A stretch of DNA of 64,000 nt from Octopus sinensis (Eukaryota), in contig NC_043008.1 of the NCBI RefSeq assembly GCF_006345805.1, positions 11,594,001 through 11,658,000 on the forward strand. The letters are read 5' to 3'. A program made the translations under genes and the position numbers. The notes beneath the pieces are model-generated. The model searched no databases and was not told the DNA's origin. It saw only the letters and a program-made list of their open reading frames with translations. How positions within the stretch are numbered: position 1 is the first letter of the stretch; each line of letters begins with the position of its first letter. Shown piece by piece: positions 1-14,001 of this stretch.

Positions 1-17
1 ATTATCATTATTATTAT

Positions 18-78
18 TAATAATAGTAGTAGTTGCAGCAGTAGCAATAGTAGTAGTAATAGTAGTAGTAGTAGTAGC

Positions 79-117
<39 letters not shown>

Positions 118-150
118 AGCAGTAGTAGTAGTAGTAGTGGTAGTAGTAGT
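18..150. repeat. (TAG)n/(CAG)n trinucleotide microsatellite
   Basis: Runs of tagtagtag interleaved with cagcagcag; produces the spurious poly-Y/C ORF 17..205. Confidence 0.95.
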
Positions 151-784
151 TAAGGCAACTGCTGTAGTTATGTTGAGAGTCTGCTTTGAGGTTACCATAG
201 TGCATAAGTACACCACATGGAGTTGTATATTAATGAATCTGCTATTTTTACAAATTAAGTAGGGAAAGTATTCAGGGACCTACCAAGAGAATATTTACAA
301 TATTTCCTAATACAATAATCCAAATTATATCGTACTGTACTTTCTTTTAGAAGGCATATACGTTTCCATATTCTATTACTATTATAGTTTATTTTTTATT
401 TTTTATTTATAGACACAGCAGAATATTAAACGGTAAAAATATAGATTATGAAGGATTGCAAAAATATACAAAACACGATAAAATATAAGTACATCTTGTT
501 CAAGTTAGTGAATACCCATTTACTTATCGAGGTGGAAATAGAAGAAATTCCCGCCAGATTAATTTTTCTGAAAATACAATGAAGCATCTCCGAAACGAAA
601 AGATCGATAATTTCATAACGGAATTTTTTTATCGCTATTATGTAAAAAGAACAAATATTACGAATGCTTAGAAACACATAAACAAGTACTGAATCATACA
701 CACACACACACAAACACACATACACATAGTTGCGTATTTATTTGTGCATGCATACATAAATCTCTCTCTGTCTCTCCCTGTCTG

Positions 785-804
785 TATATATATATATATG
801 CATG

Positions 805-864
<60 letters not shown>

Positions 865-920
865 GTTTATATTTCTATATCTTGCTCTATATTATTCTCT
901 TTTTCTCTGTATATATATAT

Positions 921-992
<72 letters not shown>

Positions 993-1133
993 ATATATAT
1001 TATATATATCTTTATATATATATATAAAGAGAGAGAGAGAGAGAGAGGGAAAGAGACATACACTCACGTATATATAATTATATATATATATATATACATA
1101 CAGAAAGAGTGAGTAAAAGATATATATATATAT

Positions 1134-1175
<42 letters not shown>

Positions 1176-1240
1176 CATGCACTCACGCATACATAAGTAT
1201 ATGTATATATATATATATATATATATAGCTATATACACAA

Positions 1241-1287
<47 letters not shown>

Positions 1288-1399
1288 CTACATTCTTCTC
1301 TATTTTTTACTCTTTCTTTCTGTATATATATATATACGTATATATATATATATGTATATATATAATATATATATATATATCTTACTATCTATCTATCTA

Positions 1400-1444
<45 letters not shown>

Positions 1445-1445
1445 A
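785..1445. repeat. (TA)n/(GA)n compound microsatellite field
   Basis: Long TA arrays with GA runs; a ~45 bp motif (gagag...aaagagacat.cactcacg) occurs twice, near 1030 and 1150. Confidence 0.9.
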
Positions 1446-2664
1446 TGTATATGTTATATTACATGCAGCAGACATATACATTCATATATATATGTATGGT
1501 TGTATAATACTCGTGTGACTATGCATGCAAGTGTACAGTTTTGTATTCAGCTTTAGTTGTATTAAAATAACCACATAATAGAAATGCTAGCGTGCTATGA
1601 AAATAAAATACCAAATAGTCATACGATTTAGAGCTTTATATCTGATTTCCTTTTAACCGACAATAGATGTAAATCCAATAGAATAGAAATGTGTAATACA
1701 TAGTTTTTTCTCTCCATGTGAATGATAAATTAGAGAATAAGTTTAAGAGTTAAGTGTTTGTAAAGGCATTCAGAAAATTTCTAATGCTTCACATCTCATG
1801 TAACTACTTTCCGATTACCGAAAGCATAAATAGCTGACGCTGAATAATAGAAGCGAGGAAATATGCAGAGATGAAATTCATTTTGTAAAGAATAGCAATG
1901 AAGTTACTTACGAGAGAAACGACGTAAGAATCTACGTTGAAGACATGTTATTGATACAGACAGAATGGTGGCAACATCTTAGTGATTTTTCTTTATTGGG
2001 AAGCACGTAACGCCAAAGCATATGCAGAAAGTCACATATTTGCTTGCTCTTCATAAACGTATGTAACATCTTGTGATTGTCTATCATAAAGAAAATTTCT
2101 GACGAAAATAATAAAATAATGGAAACTAAAAATATCTTTAGTATCACGTTCAGGACAAAATCGTATTTGAAATTAACCTATAATTTATTTCTGAAATACT
2201 GTTCACCAATCATATTTTGGTATATGTATATATATAGTCTACGTAATATTTATCTACTACCGATAGGTATTATTGCATAACCTTTCTCTTTGATAATTAT
2301 ACACTTTTGTTTTTATACGCCCTGGCCTATTCTCCACTTTTTAGGAGGAGGTAGCCCCAACAAGACACGCACCAGGCATTCCATTCACTCCCCAGCTCAA
2401 AGAGGCGAGCATTAATCAATAGTTTCTTTTCCTGGTGCGATTTCATCCAGTCGTTTTGCACATAGGTTGCGTGAAATGGCTCCAATCGCAAATATTTCAC
2501 AAACTTTATTGTATAATGAATAAATGTTTAAAGTTTATATGCTATGTATGAAAATGAAGAATGAGGAATTTGTCAAATATTTGACAACAACCTCTACAAA
2601 ATGAGATACAAATCACCAAATTTCGTCAGTGGAAATAAAAAAAAAACTTACCATTTAACCAGAT

Positions 2665-2885
<221 letters not shown>

Positions 2886-2924
2886 ATGGATGGATGGATG
2901 CATATGTATATATATATATATATA

Positions 2925-3715
2925 ACTTAGAATATCTTAGAAAGGTTTTGACCTGTATTGGCCCAGGCCATGTCTAATTTAATAGCACCACCTGGCGAAG
3001 TCTTTCAATTCAGGATTTGGGCACCAAGGCCCATTCGAGCAGAGAGTTATTGTTTGCGGAGACATATCCGGGTGTGGGTGATTTGTCCGGGACTGTTTGA
3101 AGGAATTTGTCCAAACACTTCTTGAATTTTGTGTGGTCAGTTTCTGTTTTGACGTGTCCTGGTGAAATGTTGAAGAAAGCGGGTCCAATTGAAGTGAAAT
3201 AATTGTGCCATATTGTTTTTATGAGATGCGATTTAGATTTTTGTTGTGGACGGATGGCACGTGGTCCAGGCCTTGGATTTATTTTGAAGGTGATGCCAAC
3301 ATCATTCGGACAGTGCTGATGGAATATGTTCCACATCATACAGATAATGTAGCGTTCACGGCGTCGTTGGAGTGAATACAGTTTTAGCTTTTCTAGTCTA
3401 CCCTAGTAGTCGAGGTCTGACATGCCATCTATCTTTTTTGTGATTGACATTTGGGGAGCTTCAATTCTCATAATATTTTGTTTCCTGTAGGGAGATCACA
3501 CTGGACAGCAGTATTCAAGGTGGGGTCGGGCAAAATTGGAGACGAGAAGGATAATGGTGTGGGAATCTCTCGACTGGAAGGTTCTGAGAATCCAGGAACA
3601 CATTCTGCAGGCCATGTCGACTTTGCTGCTTATATGTGTAGTCCAGCTTATGTTGTTGTCCACAGTTACACCCAAGTTTCTGATGTTGTTAGACGCCATG
3701 AGAATTTCTCCAGAA
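2925..3715 (-). mobile_element. CR1/L2-type LINE 3' fragment (RT C-terminal region plus 3' UTR), frameshifted
   Basis: Minus-strand peptides NLGVTVDNNISWTTHI...ARPHLEYCCPVW and KLYSLQRRRERY...GPAFFN...KFKKCLDKFL match the conserved post-RT region of CR1-clade LINEs; split over several frames. Confidence 0.85.
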
Positions 3716-3894
3716 ATGTATATATATTTATTTATTTATGTATATATACATATACACACATATAGTCATACACACACATATAGTTGGATAATTAAATACA
3801 TATACATACACTCGCACTGATGCTCACGTATGTCTCTAATATGTATATGTATGTATATATATGTGTGTAATATAATACATATATAGACATTTGT

Positions 3895-3903
3895 CTCTCT
3901 CTC

Positions 3904-3953
<50 letters not shown>

Positions 3954-4001
3954 CATATATACATACACACAAATACATACATACATACGTACATACATAC
4001 A

Positions 4002-4065
<64 letters not shown>

Positions 4066-4145
4066 CATATATACAGACACACACATACATACTTACATAC
4101 ATACATACATAAATACATATATATATCTATATATATATATACACA
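3895..4145. repeat. (TA)n/(TACA)n compound microsatellite
   Basis: Direct reading of the sequence. Confidence 0.9.
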
Positions 4146-4589
4146 TAAACTGCTCCTGTGACAAGAGAAGATAAAATGTTGCTGGAGGTTATAGACGTGT
4201 GTTTCTTTTTTTTTAGTTCTTATGAAATTTAAATTGCATTAAATCTATTATTTTAATGACATGACAGTAATGTTTCTAAAAAGAGGAATACTTCGTTTTA
4301 TATATTTTTTACCGAAAATATAATTCTTTAGGCCTTTTGAAGTTTAATGAAGACAATGATATACGGAGAAATGTAAAGTAACTTAACAGAGTTGCTAGGA
4401 ATAAACTTTAACGTGTGGATTAAATATCAGAAATTCAGCATAAAATGCAAACTATCGTCGCCATTCGACAGCTTTTCAACCAGATATCATATATCAGCAG
4501 TGACCCTGGATTGAGAGACATATGAATGTATTTCATTTATAATGTTGAATATTTTTAATAATAATGATTGATTCCACATTAGGTCCAAC

Positions 4590-4720
4590 TCCCTAAATTC
4601 GGAGAAGGGGGTCGTCAATTGCATGGATTCTAGTACTTAATTTGTACATATTTTTGACCCCCAAATGATAAAAAGTAACGTCGTCCTCAGCGGAATTTGA
4701 TCACGGAATGTAAAGAGAGA
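4590..4720 (-). mobile_element. SINE family A, degraded fragment
   Basis: gtacatatttttgacccccaaatgataaaaagtaacgtcgtcctcagcggaatttga resembles the reverse complement of the family A body seen at 45017-45245. Confidence 0.6.
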
Positions 4721-4774
4721 CGTGATGTTACTAAGCATTTTCTCTCCTCCATTAACGCTTCTACTAACTCACAC

Positions 4775-4803
4775 TGATAATAATAATAATGATGAAAATG
4801 ATA

Positions 4804-4851
<48 letters not shown>

Positions 4852-4899
4852 GTGATGATAATAATGATGATGATGGTAGTGGTGGTGATGACGATGATG

Positions 4900-4947
<48 letters not shown>

Positions 4948-4950
4948 GTA
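4775..4950. repeat. (GAT)n/(AAT)n microsatellite
   Basis: Direct reading; source of the poly-D/N/M/I ORFs. Confidence 0.95.
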
Positions 4951-4961
4951 AAATATTCTTT

Positions 4962-5130
4962 CTACAATCTTGGGGCAAGTGGGTTATTCGATTATAGCGA
5001 TCCCAGTGCGCAACTGGTACTTATTTTATTGACCCCGAAACGATGAAAGGCACAGTCGACACCAGCAGAATTTGAACTAAGAAGAAAATGCCGCTATGCA
5101 TTTTGTCTGGAGGGCTAAAGACTCTGAGAG
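4962..5130 (-). mobile_element. SINE family A, partial copy
   Basis: caactggtacttattttattgaccccgaaacgatgaaaggcacagtcgac...gaatttgaact matches the reverse complement of family A. Confidence 0.75.
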
Positions 5131-5176
5131 GTTGGTGCAATGATAGGAAATAATGATAATACTGATGCTGCTGCTC

Positions 5177-5488
5177 AGACCCCCTTCAGTCATGACTGAC
5201 CAGGGGATTGCACCTAGAAAGTTACCCTCCCAGGCACAAGTCCGGGCAAGGTTGTTTTGTGGAAGCCCAACAGTCGCCCATGCATACCAGCCTCCCCTCT
5301 CCACGCCACCAATGTTATCCAATGAAAGCCAACAGCAGATACAGCTTGGCACCTGTGACGTCGCAACTCCTTTCTACAGCTGAGAGAACTGGAGCAAAAT
5401 GAAATAAAGAGTCTTGCTCAAGAACACAACGCACAGAACGGTCTGGCTCGCGATCGTAAGCTCGACGCTCTAACCACTGAGCCATGCG
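5177..5488 (-). mobile_element. SINE family G (tRNA head, CORE-like centre, distinct 3' tail)
   Basis: Minus strand starts gcgcatggctcagtggttagagcg (A box), continues ttgagcaagactctttatttcattttgctccag (CORE-like) and ends gtcatgactgaagggg; the tail is shared with 41962-42135 and 61143-61390. Confidence 0.8.
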
Positions 5489-5494
5489 CCTTCA

Positions 5495-5517
5495 CAATAA
5501 TAATAATGATGATGATG

Positions 5518-5551
<34 letters not shown>

Positions 5552-5595
5552 CAACAACAACAATAACAATAATAATAATAATGATAATAACAATA

Positions 5596-5642
<47 letters not shown>

Positions 5643-5660
5643 GATGATGATGATGATGAT
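5495..5660. repeat. (AAT)n/(AAC)n/(GAT)n microsatellite
   Basis: Direct reading. Confidence 0.95.
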
Positions 5661-6076
5661 CGTGGTGGTGATGATCGTGAAGCACCCTCCAGTCGAAGAG
5701 GACCTGTAGGCGTTCAGCTAAAGCCGAATGACTTGCAGAAATGTTTTGTTTATAGTGATCAAGTATGTGCTGTAAATGGGTTCACTCTCGTTGTTTGAAC
5801 AAGTAGAGGGTGTATCAGGCGGCAGGTGTTGTAGCGATCGCAGAGCAGCGGGAGGTGAAGTGTTTTGCTCAAGAACGCCACGCACCACGCGGTCTAGGTA
5901 ATGCGTCTAGTTGAGGATGATGGTGATGATGATGTTGACGATGACAACGACGGCGATGAGGATAATGGCAATGATAATGATGAGGATAATAACAGACACA
6001 TCGGTAAGATAATAAAAGTAAAACTCAATCAAGATATAGAAATTTAGAAATTCCTCAATAAAAAAAACTTTATTTA

Positions 6077-6374
<298 letters not shown>

Positions 6375-6383
6375 TCATATGGC

Positions 6384-6690
6384 GGTGATATGGCGTAGTG
6401 GTTAACAGCGCGGGCTACTAACCCCAAGATTACGTGTTCGATACCAAGCAGTGACCTGAACAATAACAACAACTATAATAATAATAATAATATCCAAAAA
6501 TACCTTAGGAATGAGAACCCAGGTTCGATATTTCCCTAAGACACCTGAAGGAGGCTGGAGGGTATATCAGCCGAAACGTTGTGTTAACAACAAGCAAAAG
6601 GAGGACAAATATCCGTCGAAGGTAAATAATGTAAATAATGTAAATAATGTACATAATTCCTCATCTTTTAAGTATAGAACTGAAAGAACA
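6384..6690 (+). mobile_element. SINE family D, second (inverted) copy with complete hammerhead-like tail
   Basis: Same head (6384-6457), short (AAT)n and tail ccttaggaatgagaacccaggttcga...aagacacctgaag as the left copy; ends in (gtaaataat)x3. Confidence 0.8.
6540..6585 (+). ncRNA. Minimal type I hammerhead ribozyme-like motif (A9 mutated in this copy)
   Basis: GACAC-CUGAAGG-A-GGCUG(gagggtatat)CAGCC-GAAA-CG-UU-GUGUU: stem I GACAC/GUGUU, stem II GGCUG/CAGCC, palindromic ACGU in place of stem III. Confidence 0.6.
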
Positions 6691-7824
6691 CTTTTATAGA
6701 GTGAAGCGGAGTCGTAAAGAATAAATTATATGGGGAACGCAAGACACAAGCAATTGACTGGAAATGTTGTAGACAGATAAAGCGATATAAGGGTTATTAT
6801 ATATCTAAGCGTCTTTAGAAGTAGAGAAGACAAGTTTTGGTTCCTGTGAAGAAGAAAAGTATGAAACACTCTTGAAAGATTTAATTAGCCAAGAGTTATT
6901 CAGAGAGCGTGGCCGACATGAACTTGACGAAAAACTCTCTTCTACTTTATTCTTGTCTATAGCTGTCACTTTACTAAAGCCAACAAAAGGTTCTCTAATG
7001 TTTTCTATTTAGCAAAACACACCACATATTGATGATAATGGGCTCTCGAGTATTAACGTTAATTTGATTCTTGAAATATTCCCGCTGGGAAGGACGTGTT
7101 TTTCTTCCAGTAACTAGATACATATATATTCGTTTTCCATATGTGTGTGTGTGTGTGGTGTGTGTGTGTTTATCTTTGTGCGTACGTGTGTGTTTGTGGT
7201 TCTTCTATATATTACTTTGGCGGTGAATTATTATACTAGAGGTTTTATTATATTGATACTACACTTGACTTATTTTGCAAGCTTGTGGGGGATGTTGTTA
7301 TACGTTTGTTCCTTTTTGGCATCTTCCCTCGATGCAGTGGTTCATGTTTGTAATCAATTTTTTATTTTCATTTCGATGTGTCTGTTGCCGTTGTTAATAT
7401 TAACACTGGTCACTTCTATCGGAGAAAGTGGTTGGTCTGTTATCTAACTTGAGTATTTCCTCACTGACATCTGAATGGTGTTTCCGACCCTTCAGCAACT
7501 ACGGTTTTCTGCTCCGTATTAATATAATACCGCTATATCAAGAACATATTCCAGAGAAATACACAATTCCTTTGATATTTCCGTTGAATTTCGGATGGAG
7601 GGACATTATATTATATAAGATCCCACCACTCTGCCACCAGCCTGCTGTATTTTTCCTTTCGACTTATTTTAGAGCATAGTTGAGTCCATAAAATAGGATT
7701 TGACTACACTTCCATTTAGAGCACAGTTGAAGCTATCTTTTCGTGCAAGAAGGTTTATGTTCCTATAACCTGTGTTAATTTAGTAAGCCTTTAAAATGGA
7801 AGATAAGAATGTTCCTTTTCGGCA

Positions 7825-8171
7825 CTTGATGCTTTGGGAACCAGACAAAAATTAATGTAGCTCGGCTGGGATGTGTTACCCCACCCTCCATATTCACCAG
7901 ACGTTGCCCCTTCGGATTTCCACTTATTCAGCTCTCTGCAGAATAGTCTTAATGGTAAAAATTTCAATTCCTTGGATGACATAAAAAGATACCTTCTTTG
8001 CCACGAAACCACATCAATTCTGGGAAGAGAGTATTTTCAAGTTAAAGGAGAGATGGAGACGCATTGTGCAACAAAATGGTTCGTATTCGGTTGATTAATG
8101 ATTTAATGGTAAGTATTTATTGACCTTTTTCTTTCCTTTAAAAAGGCACGAACTTTTCGGACAACCCAATA
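7825..8171 (+). mobile_element. mariner transposon 3' fragment with right TIR
   Basis: Peptide LGWDVLPHPPYSPDVAPSDFHLF (mariner HPPYSPDL motif); ends ggcacgaacttttcggacaacccaata, a TIR ending in TA. Confidence 0.92.
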
Positions 8172-9021
8172 GTTACCTGTTATTCTTGTTGGCGGTGTCT
8201 CCGCAACTGCCGTGTACGTTTGTATCCGAAAGGATATCTGTACGTGTACCTCTGTTTTTGCACACAGTATCTATTCCTAGTTTAATGGATAGATGATATA
8301 TAAAACAATAACACAAAGATTGAATATTTGAATGTTCCATTAAGCGTTCCTAAAATCCTAAATTTCTTTATATCTATGACTTCGACAAATCAATTCAAAA
8401 TTGAAGTATTCACTCTTTCACATTAATATTTCATTTCTTTTAACTTCTATATCGAGTTTATTTCACTTTATATAATTTGTGTCCATGTATTATATATTAT
8501 TTCCCAATTTGGATATCGTTTTCCAAACTCAAATCTTATGATTGTTATTTATTGAATTTTACATATTTTCTAGTCACTTTCACATTTCTGCATGTTCCTG
8601 GATTGCTTGGTCTTCCTATATTAAGTTATTCTGCATATTTTTTTCATTTAAATTTGATGCAAGATTCAAAAATAATTAGTTTAAAACCAGTATATTCGAA
8701 TATGTTTGTCAGTGTGACTACATAACTCTGGAAATGTAGTCAAAATTAGTATTATTATTGAATTTAATAATTATTTGGTAACATAAAACTGATTGAGAAA
8801 ATCACGCAAAGTACCTTTTAAAAATAATTTTGACATTAATTTATTTATAGACATTTATGTTACTACATACTCATAATTAAGATAATGGTTCTCGCTGCTT
8901 CAGATATAACTATTACTAAATCAGTGTCAAAAGAAAGCAGCCGGTTTATTGGCATGGAATTATACAAACTAATAATGCTAATGATAATAATGAAAATGTT
9001 AATGTTAATATATTATTAACA

Positions 9022-9465
9022 TTATTATTGAGAGAGCAGCACAAGCCATCAGAGTGACACTGGGGTAAAATATACGAAGCCCAGTATACACGTCATCACT
9101 ACCCGTCTGATAAGGGTACATCAGGCACATGCATCACAAACCTATGTGCGCGACATAGTGATCTTATTTCAAGATAAACGGCGCATGACTTTCAGGTGGG
9201 ACCCAGTTAGAATTTTCTTCAGGCCAAGTAGCCCATCACATTCAGAATGTCCCTGAATAAGTGTTGTTTAAGGATGTTGAACGAAACACCCATCTTTCCA
9301 AAGTTGAATTATCCAAATTCCAAATAATTTCTCTCAACACATGCACGTGATCAGAAATGCACATATCGTCAGCCACTAAGGAACATGCTCAACTGGTTAT
9401 GGTCAAGGAAATGGCTAGCAAGTCTTTGGTATTGTTCAGAATATTTGCTGTAGCCCATCTTTTAT
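9022..9465 (-). mobile_element. Interspersed repeat F ending in an (AAT)n tail (SINE or LINE 3' UTR)
   Basis: Minus strand ends ...gctgctctctcaataataat; its 5' part (cagcaaatattctg...ttgagcatg...tgtgcat.tct.atca) recurs on the + strand at ~52085-52255. Confidence 0.65.
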
Positions 9466-9960
9466 AATAATGATAAGATTCCTTGCATGGAATTTATAAA
9501 TATGTTAACTCATAGTTACGCGCGTTTCACAAATCACATTCCTCTTAATATCACAGTCTGTATTCCTGGGACGATTACAATGTAGTCCGTAGAATCCTTG
9601 GGCATCGGGTAGATCATTTTCATAGATCAGTTGATGAAGTAATTGTACATGTTTAACTGAGCTTTGATTATCACTTTTGGTCAGACAGAAAGTTGAGAAG
9701 TACCCACATACCTCAATAAACCTTCTCACTGTTCAAAAGTGATAAGCAGCCCTCGGTTAAACATCCATTAATGTTATATCACCTGAAGAAATGAATCAAT
9801 GAAGATAAACTACCCAATACCCACGGATGCTACGGATTAGACTGTAATCATCCCAGGAATACAGACGACCTTGGTCTTATGAGCCATGTTATTTGTGGAC
9901 ACGCGCATAGCGATGCATTAAAATATTTATAAATTCTGTTCGAGGATTCTTGTTATTATA
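9463..9960. repeat. ~500 bp imperfect palindrome (foldback/MITE-like)
   Basis: 9556-9623 is the reverse complement of 9799-9866 at 57/68 identity; pairing extends inward to a ~21 nt loop (9701-9721) and outward to gaatttataaat on both sides. Confidence 0.85.
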
Positions 9961-9984
9961 TATATATTTATATACACACACACA

Positions 9985-10020
<36 letters not shown>

Positions 10021-11467
10021 TGTATGTATGTATGTGTGTGTATGTGAATGCGTATTTGTGTTGCTGTGTTTGAAATGAAGTGGGTTAATTCACAAAAGAA
10101 AAGAAAAGTGTAAATACGATTGGAAACATCCAGTAAATCGATTGACTATAAACGAGAAAACCATTTTAGTACAGCTTTTATTTGCTTCTTTTGACTTTAA
10201 ACCAAGTATTTACATTCAGGTCTTGTTTGGAATACAATATGGTATATCAAATATATCATTAGTAACGATATCAAAGAAGCCGTTGTATTTTATTATCACG
10301 AAACTAAAACGCTTGGGATCTCGCTCTATGTGTTTTAAAACAGAATTATTTCACAGCATTGTAGATGTTTTCTTATACATAAATATCCATCTATCTTATA
10401 TAGTTAGTGCATTACAGCTTACGTATTTATTCTTGTGCATTACATTTGAGAATTATATATTGATTATATGTCTGTCATTGAGTGCTCGGTCGTTATTTCA
10501 AATACACAACAGTTTTGTTATCATGGAAGAAAGTGTTTTCTTTTGAGGTAGGACGGCGAATCCAATGCCTTCTGTAGAAGGCTTTTGAGGATGGAAGAGA
10601 CCGACGAATATTATTGCAATTTGTTTCAAACCATATCGAAGAGATCATCGAAATGTTTTTGTTTTAAAGAATAAGTATGATTTTCCATATTTTTGATAAT
10701 CAAAAGATAAATATTTTGTTTCGAGATGTGAGCATGTATGCGATTTAGCTAACTTTTACCGAAGAATTATGTATCTATGTTAAGTAAAATGAGTTAAAAC
10801 TAATATTTAAAATCGTGACAGAAATATTTTCCAGTGAAATTAATTGTTGATCTACAACACTTTCGGGAAACTGATATACTATCTTTTCGAGGATAGGAAA
10901 TATAATTTTATTTCATGCCACGATCTACGTAGACACATCACACTTTAGTCAACTATATAATACATTTCAAAATAATTCGGTGACAGTGTTTTAGCGGAGT
11001 TATATCGACATGAATTATCCATATTAGATATATAGCCTTGTATGTATTCCCAGTGAAAAACTAGAGACTTTATGCCTGTGGAATAGAAAGAAAATAAGTT
11101 CATAATGACGAACCAATAATTTGTGAGTCACTGTTAAATATAGATATTTAAAAACTAATTTATTTCACCGTAAGGTCACAAACATCGCCAGCGAGCATTA
11201 TTGTGCCAGGCGGCTGCTGTCCATGAGGCAGCTCTTTACAAGTGATGTACTAGGAGATGAGTGAAATTAAGTACTAACCAAAATTGCAAATGTGTATAGT
11301 GTTCATATTGTATTATATAAACTGTGTTTATTGCTGTACAATTATTGCAATAGAATGATTGCAATATATCTGCTGTCACTGTTCTTTTAGTCACATTTCA
11401 TATCTTGTGATTCTTCTGTCACTCTGTCAGTCAGTCTGTCTGTTTCTCTCTCTTTCTCTCTCTCTCT

Positions 11468-11515
<48 letters not shown>

Positions 11516-12272
11516 TATATATATATATAGATATATATATATATATATATGTATTATATATATATGCATATATATATATGTATGTCTGTATGTATATGTA
11601 TATATATCCATATATATACACACAATATGCACATATACACGCACATATAGCTGTGTGCGTATGTGTCATTGCGTGTTTCAACGTGTGTGCGTGCAATAGA
11701 AAAAAGATATCTGTACGTACTCGTTAGGGTATCTGTCCGTATGTCTCTGCGTATGATTGCTTTATTTATTTTTGTATTTTCCATGTCTGTTTATCTTTGC
11801 TGCCTAAGGCTATGCACTTTCCTACAATGTGGATCCATCACATCTAAGGATTATATTGACTGTATTTCTGACATTTCTGGATCCCCTGCCGTGATTTATT
11901 GCTATTTTCCCATCCAGTTATATTTGTCGTGTAACCAGTTTCTCTCAATTATATTTTGTTCAATGGCATATCCAAAAATGCGTCATCCGATGGAATATTG
12001 AAACAAGTCAAGTGTAGATAAAGGATAACTTCTCTCAATATTGGGTTGTAAATAAATTGCTGTTTTGAAGCTGAGAACATATCTATAGAGAAAAGGAAAT
12101 AGGGACATTTCTAGCTGGAAATGGAGAACACAAGTAGAAGAGATTATGGTGAAAAAATGAAGACAGAACGGTAAATATAAATCCTGAAGGATGCAATGAG
12201 ATAAACATCCACCTAGCAGATGATACATACCCACACACACATACATGCAAACATATACACACATACATGCCA

Positions 12273-12372
<100 letters not shown>

Positions 12373-12452
12373 CATATATATGTATATATATATTTATTTA
12401 TATATATGTATATATATATATACATATATACATATATATATATATAAGTACC

Positions 12453-12491
<39 letters not shown>

Positions 12492-13398
12492 TAGATATAT
12501 ATATATATAGTTATATATATATATGTGTGTGTGTGTGCTCTACATGCATGTTTGTATAAAAGAAAGTACTCAACAATCCATAGAGTAGAATATGCATTTT
12601 ATATTTGATCAATAACTACCTTTTTAAGATTTTGCTTGTGATAAATCACAAGTTCTGAAAGAATATAGCAATTATGTAACGCAAGCATTTCTATCGAACA
12701 TGCAGAGAAAGAAAGAAAGACAGAGAGAGAGGGAGGGGGGAGAGAAACAAAAGCAGAAAAAGAGAGAGAAGATGAGAGTACCAAATGCGCATTTCTCGTT
12801 TTTGCGATCGTCCGGACAAGTGATTTTCTTTCGTACTGAAACTTATTTCTCATGCTATCGAATGGATCATTTTTTGCCTCTATTTATCGTTTTCATTGGT
12901 TGTTATATTTTTATATCAAATTTATTGTGGTTGTATTGCCTACGGTTTTATACTATTTGCCAAACGTGATAGTTCTGATTTTCCATTTACGTATATTGTT
13001 CGTCTTCACAATTTTAAACAATTATATTGTTTTCAGGTCCTGAGAAAAAATTATCAGTATATCGTTTTTCCTCTGATCTTTTTTTACTCGTTTTGATCCC
13101 GCCTGTTTATTTGATTATCGCATCCTGTTTTGCTAGGCTGTGTATTATTTTCTTACGTTTATTTGTTTATCGCTTATATATTGCCGATGCTGTCGATTAA
13201 GTCATTCATAGCCATACTGCTGGCATATTCATTTTGTCTAATTCATAATCTTTGGTGCTGATTGATATAAACTTTGGAAAGTTTGCATTTTAGATATGCT
13301 TATAATTTTTCCGTATTTGTCTTTAGCGTATGTTTTATTTTTTCTTTCATTGCTCTCCGTTCCTTCTGGGGTGGCTTCATCACTGTTCATCCTACTTC

Positions 13399-13452
13399 AT
13401 GCTCCAAAGAACCGAAGAAATATTCGAATATTTCTTCGGCTCTTCGGAGCAT
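13399..13452. repeat. 54 bp near-perfect palindrome with no spacer
   Basis: atgctccaaagaaccgaagaaatattc|gaatatttcttcggctcttcggagcat; 2 mismatches in 27 bp. Confidence 0.9.
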
Positions 13453-14001
13453 CTTTTAGCGTTGAATTTCTTCTGGAACCTGAAGGAGATGAGTTTTAGT
13501 TTCTGTTATTAAAGTCACCAGATGTGTAGCTGTTTATCATATATTTTCTGCGATTCAAAGTTGCCACATCCCAGAAATAGCAGTGAAAATGCCCAGAAGA
13601 AGTCATTGTTTATTTATTAAATCATAACGCATTTTACAAATCAATTATGGACGCACTAACAAATGGCAGAAATGTCACGTAGGCAAAAAAAAAAAAAAAA
13701 GGATTTAATATGACTGCACAATGTTTACAAAATGAAAGTTCTATGTATATTCTTTGTTTTCTTTAAACTATTAATCATTTCTACTATATCGGAAAGAATG
13801 AAGTCTCGAAAGGAAAAAATGTTTTTTCGGAAGTGGAAGGTACTAAGAATGGTCAGTCTAACCAACCACAAACATGAGTACATAAGCACACGAGCAATAG
13901 CAAGAATTATCAATCGATAATATCGCAAAAAGTGATGCCCGCTCGGATAACATATCCCCCCCAAAACATATTTTCGAAGAAATGTTTTGCAAACAGGCCC
14001 A

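Noticed and set aside
1932-2147. Small ORF with a hydrophobic N-terminus and Cys residues (secreted peptide?)
   Set aside because: It starts at a non-ATG codon in AT-rich sequence, has no recognisable family motif and no supporting exon chain.
6800-7620. Possible very old PLE endonuclease region on the minus strand (NHCIEGRCQKGTNV, SSSCRPRSL)
   Set aside because: The similarity is too faint to assert without a profile search.
9505-9729. C-type-lectin-like ending (DC…VICE) with a nearby diverged repeat, suggesting a diversity-generating-retroelement TR/VR pair
   Set aside because: The repeat is inverted rather than direct, differences are not restricted to adenines (G, C and T also change), there is no DGR-type RT, and the host is eukaryotic.
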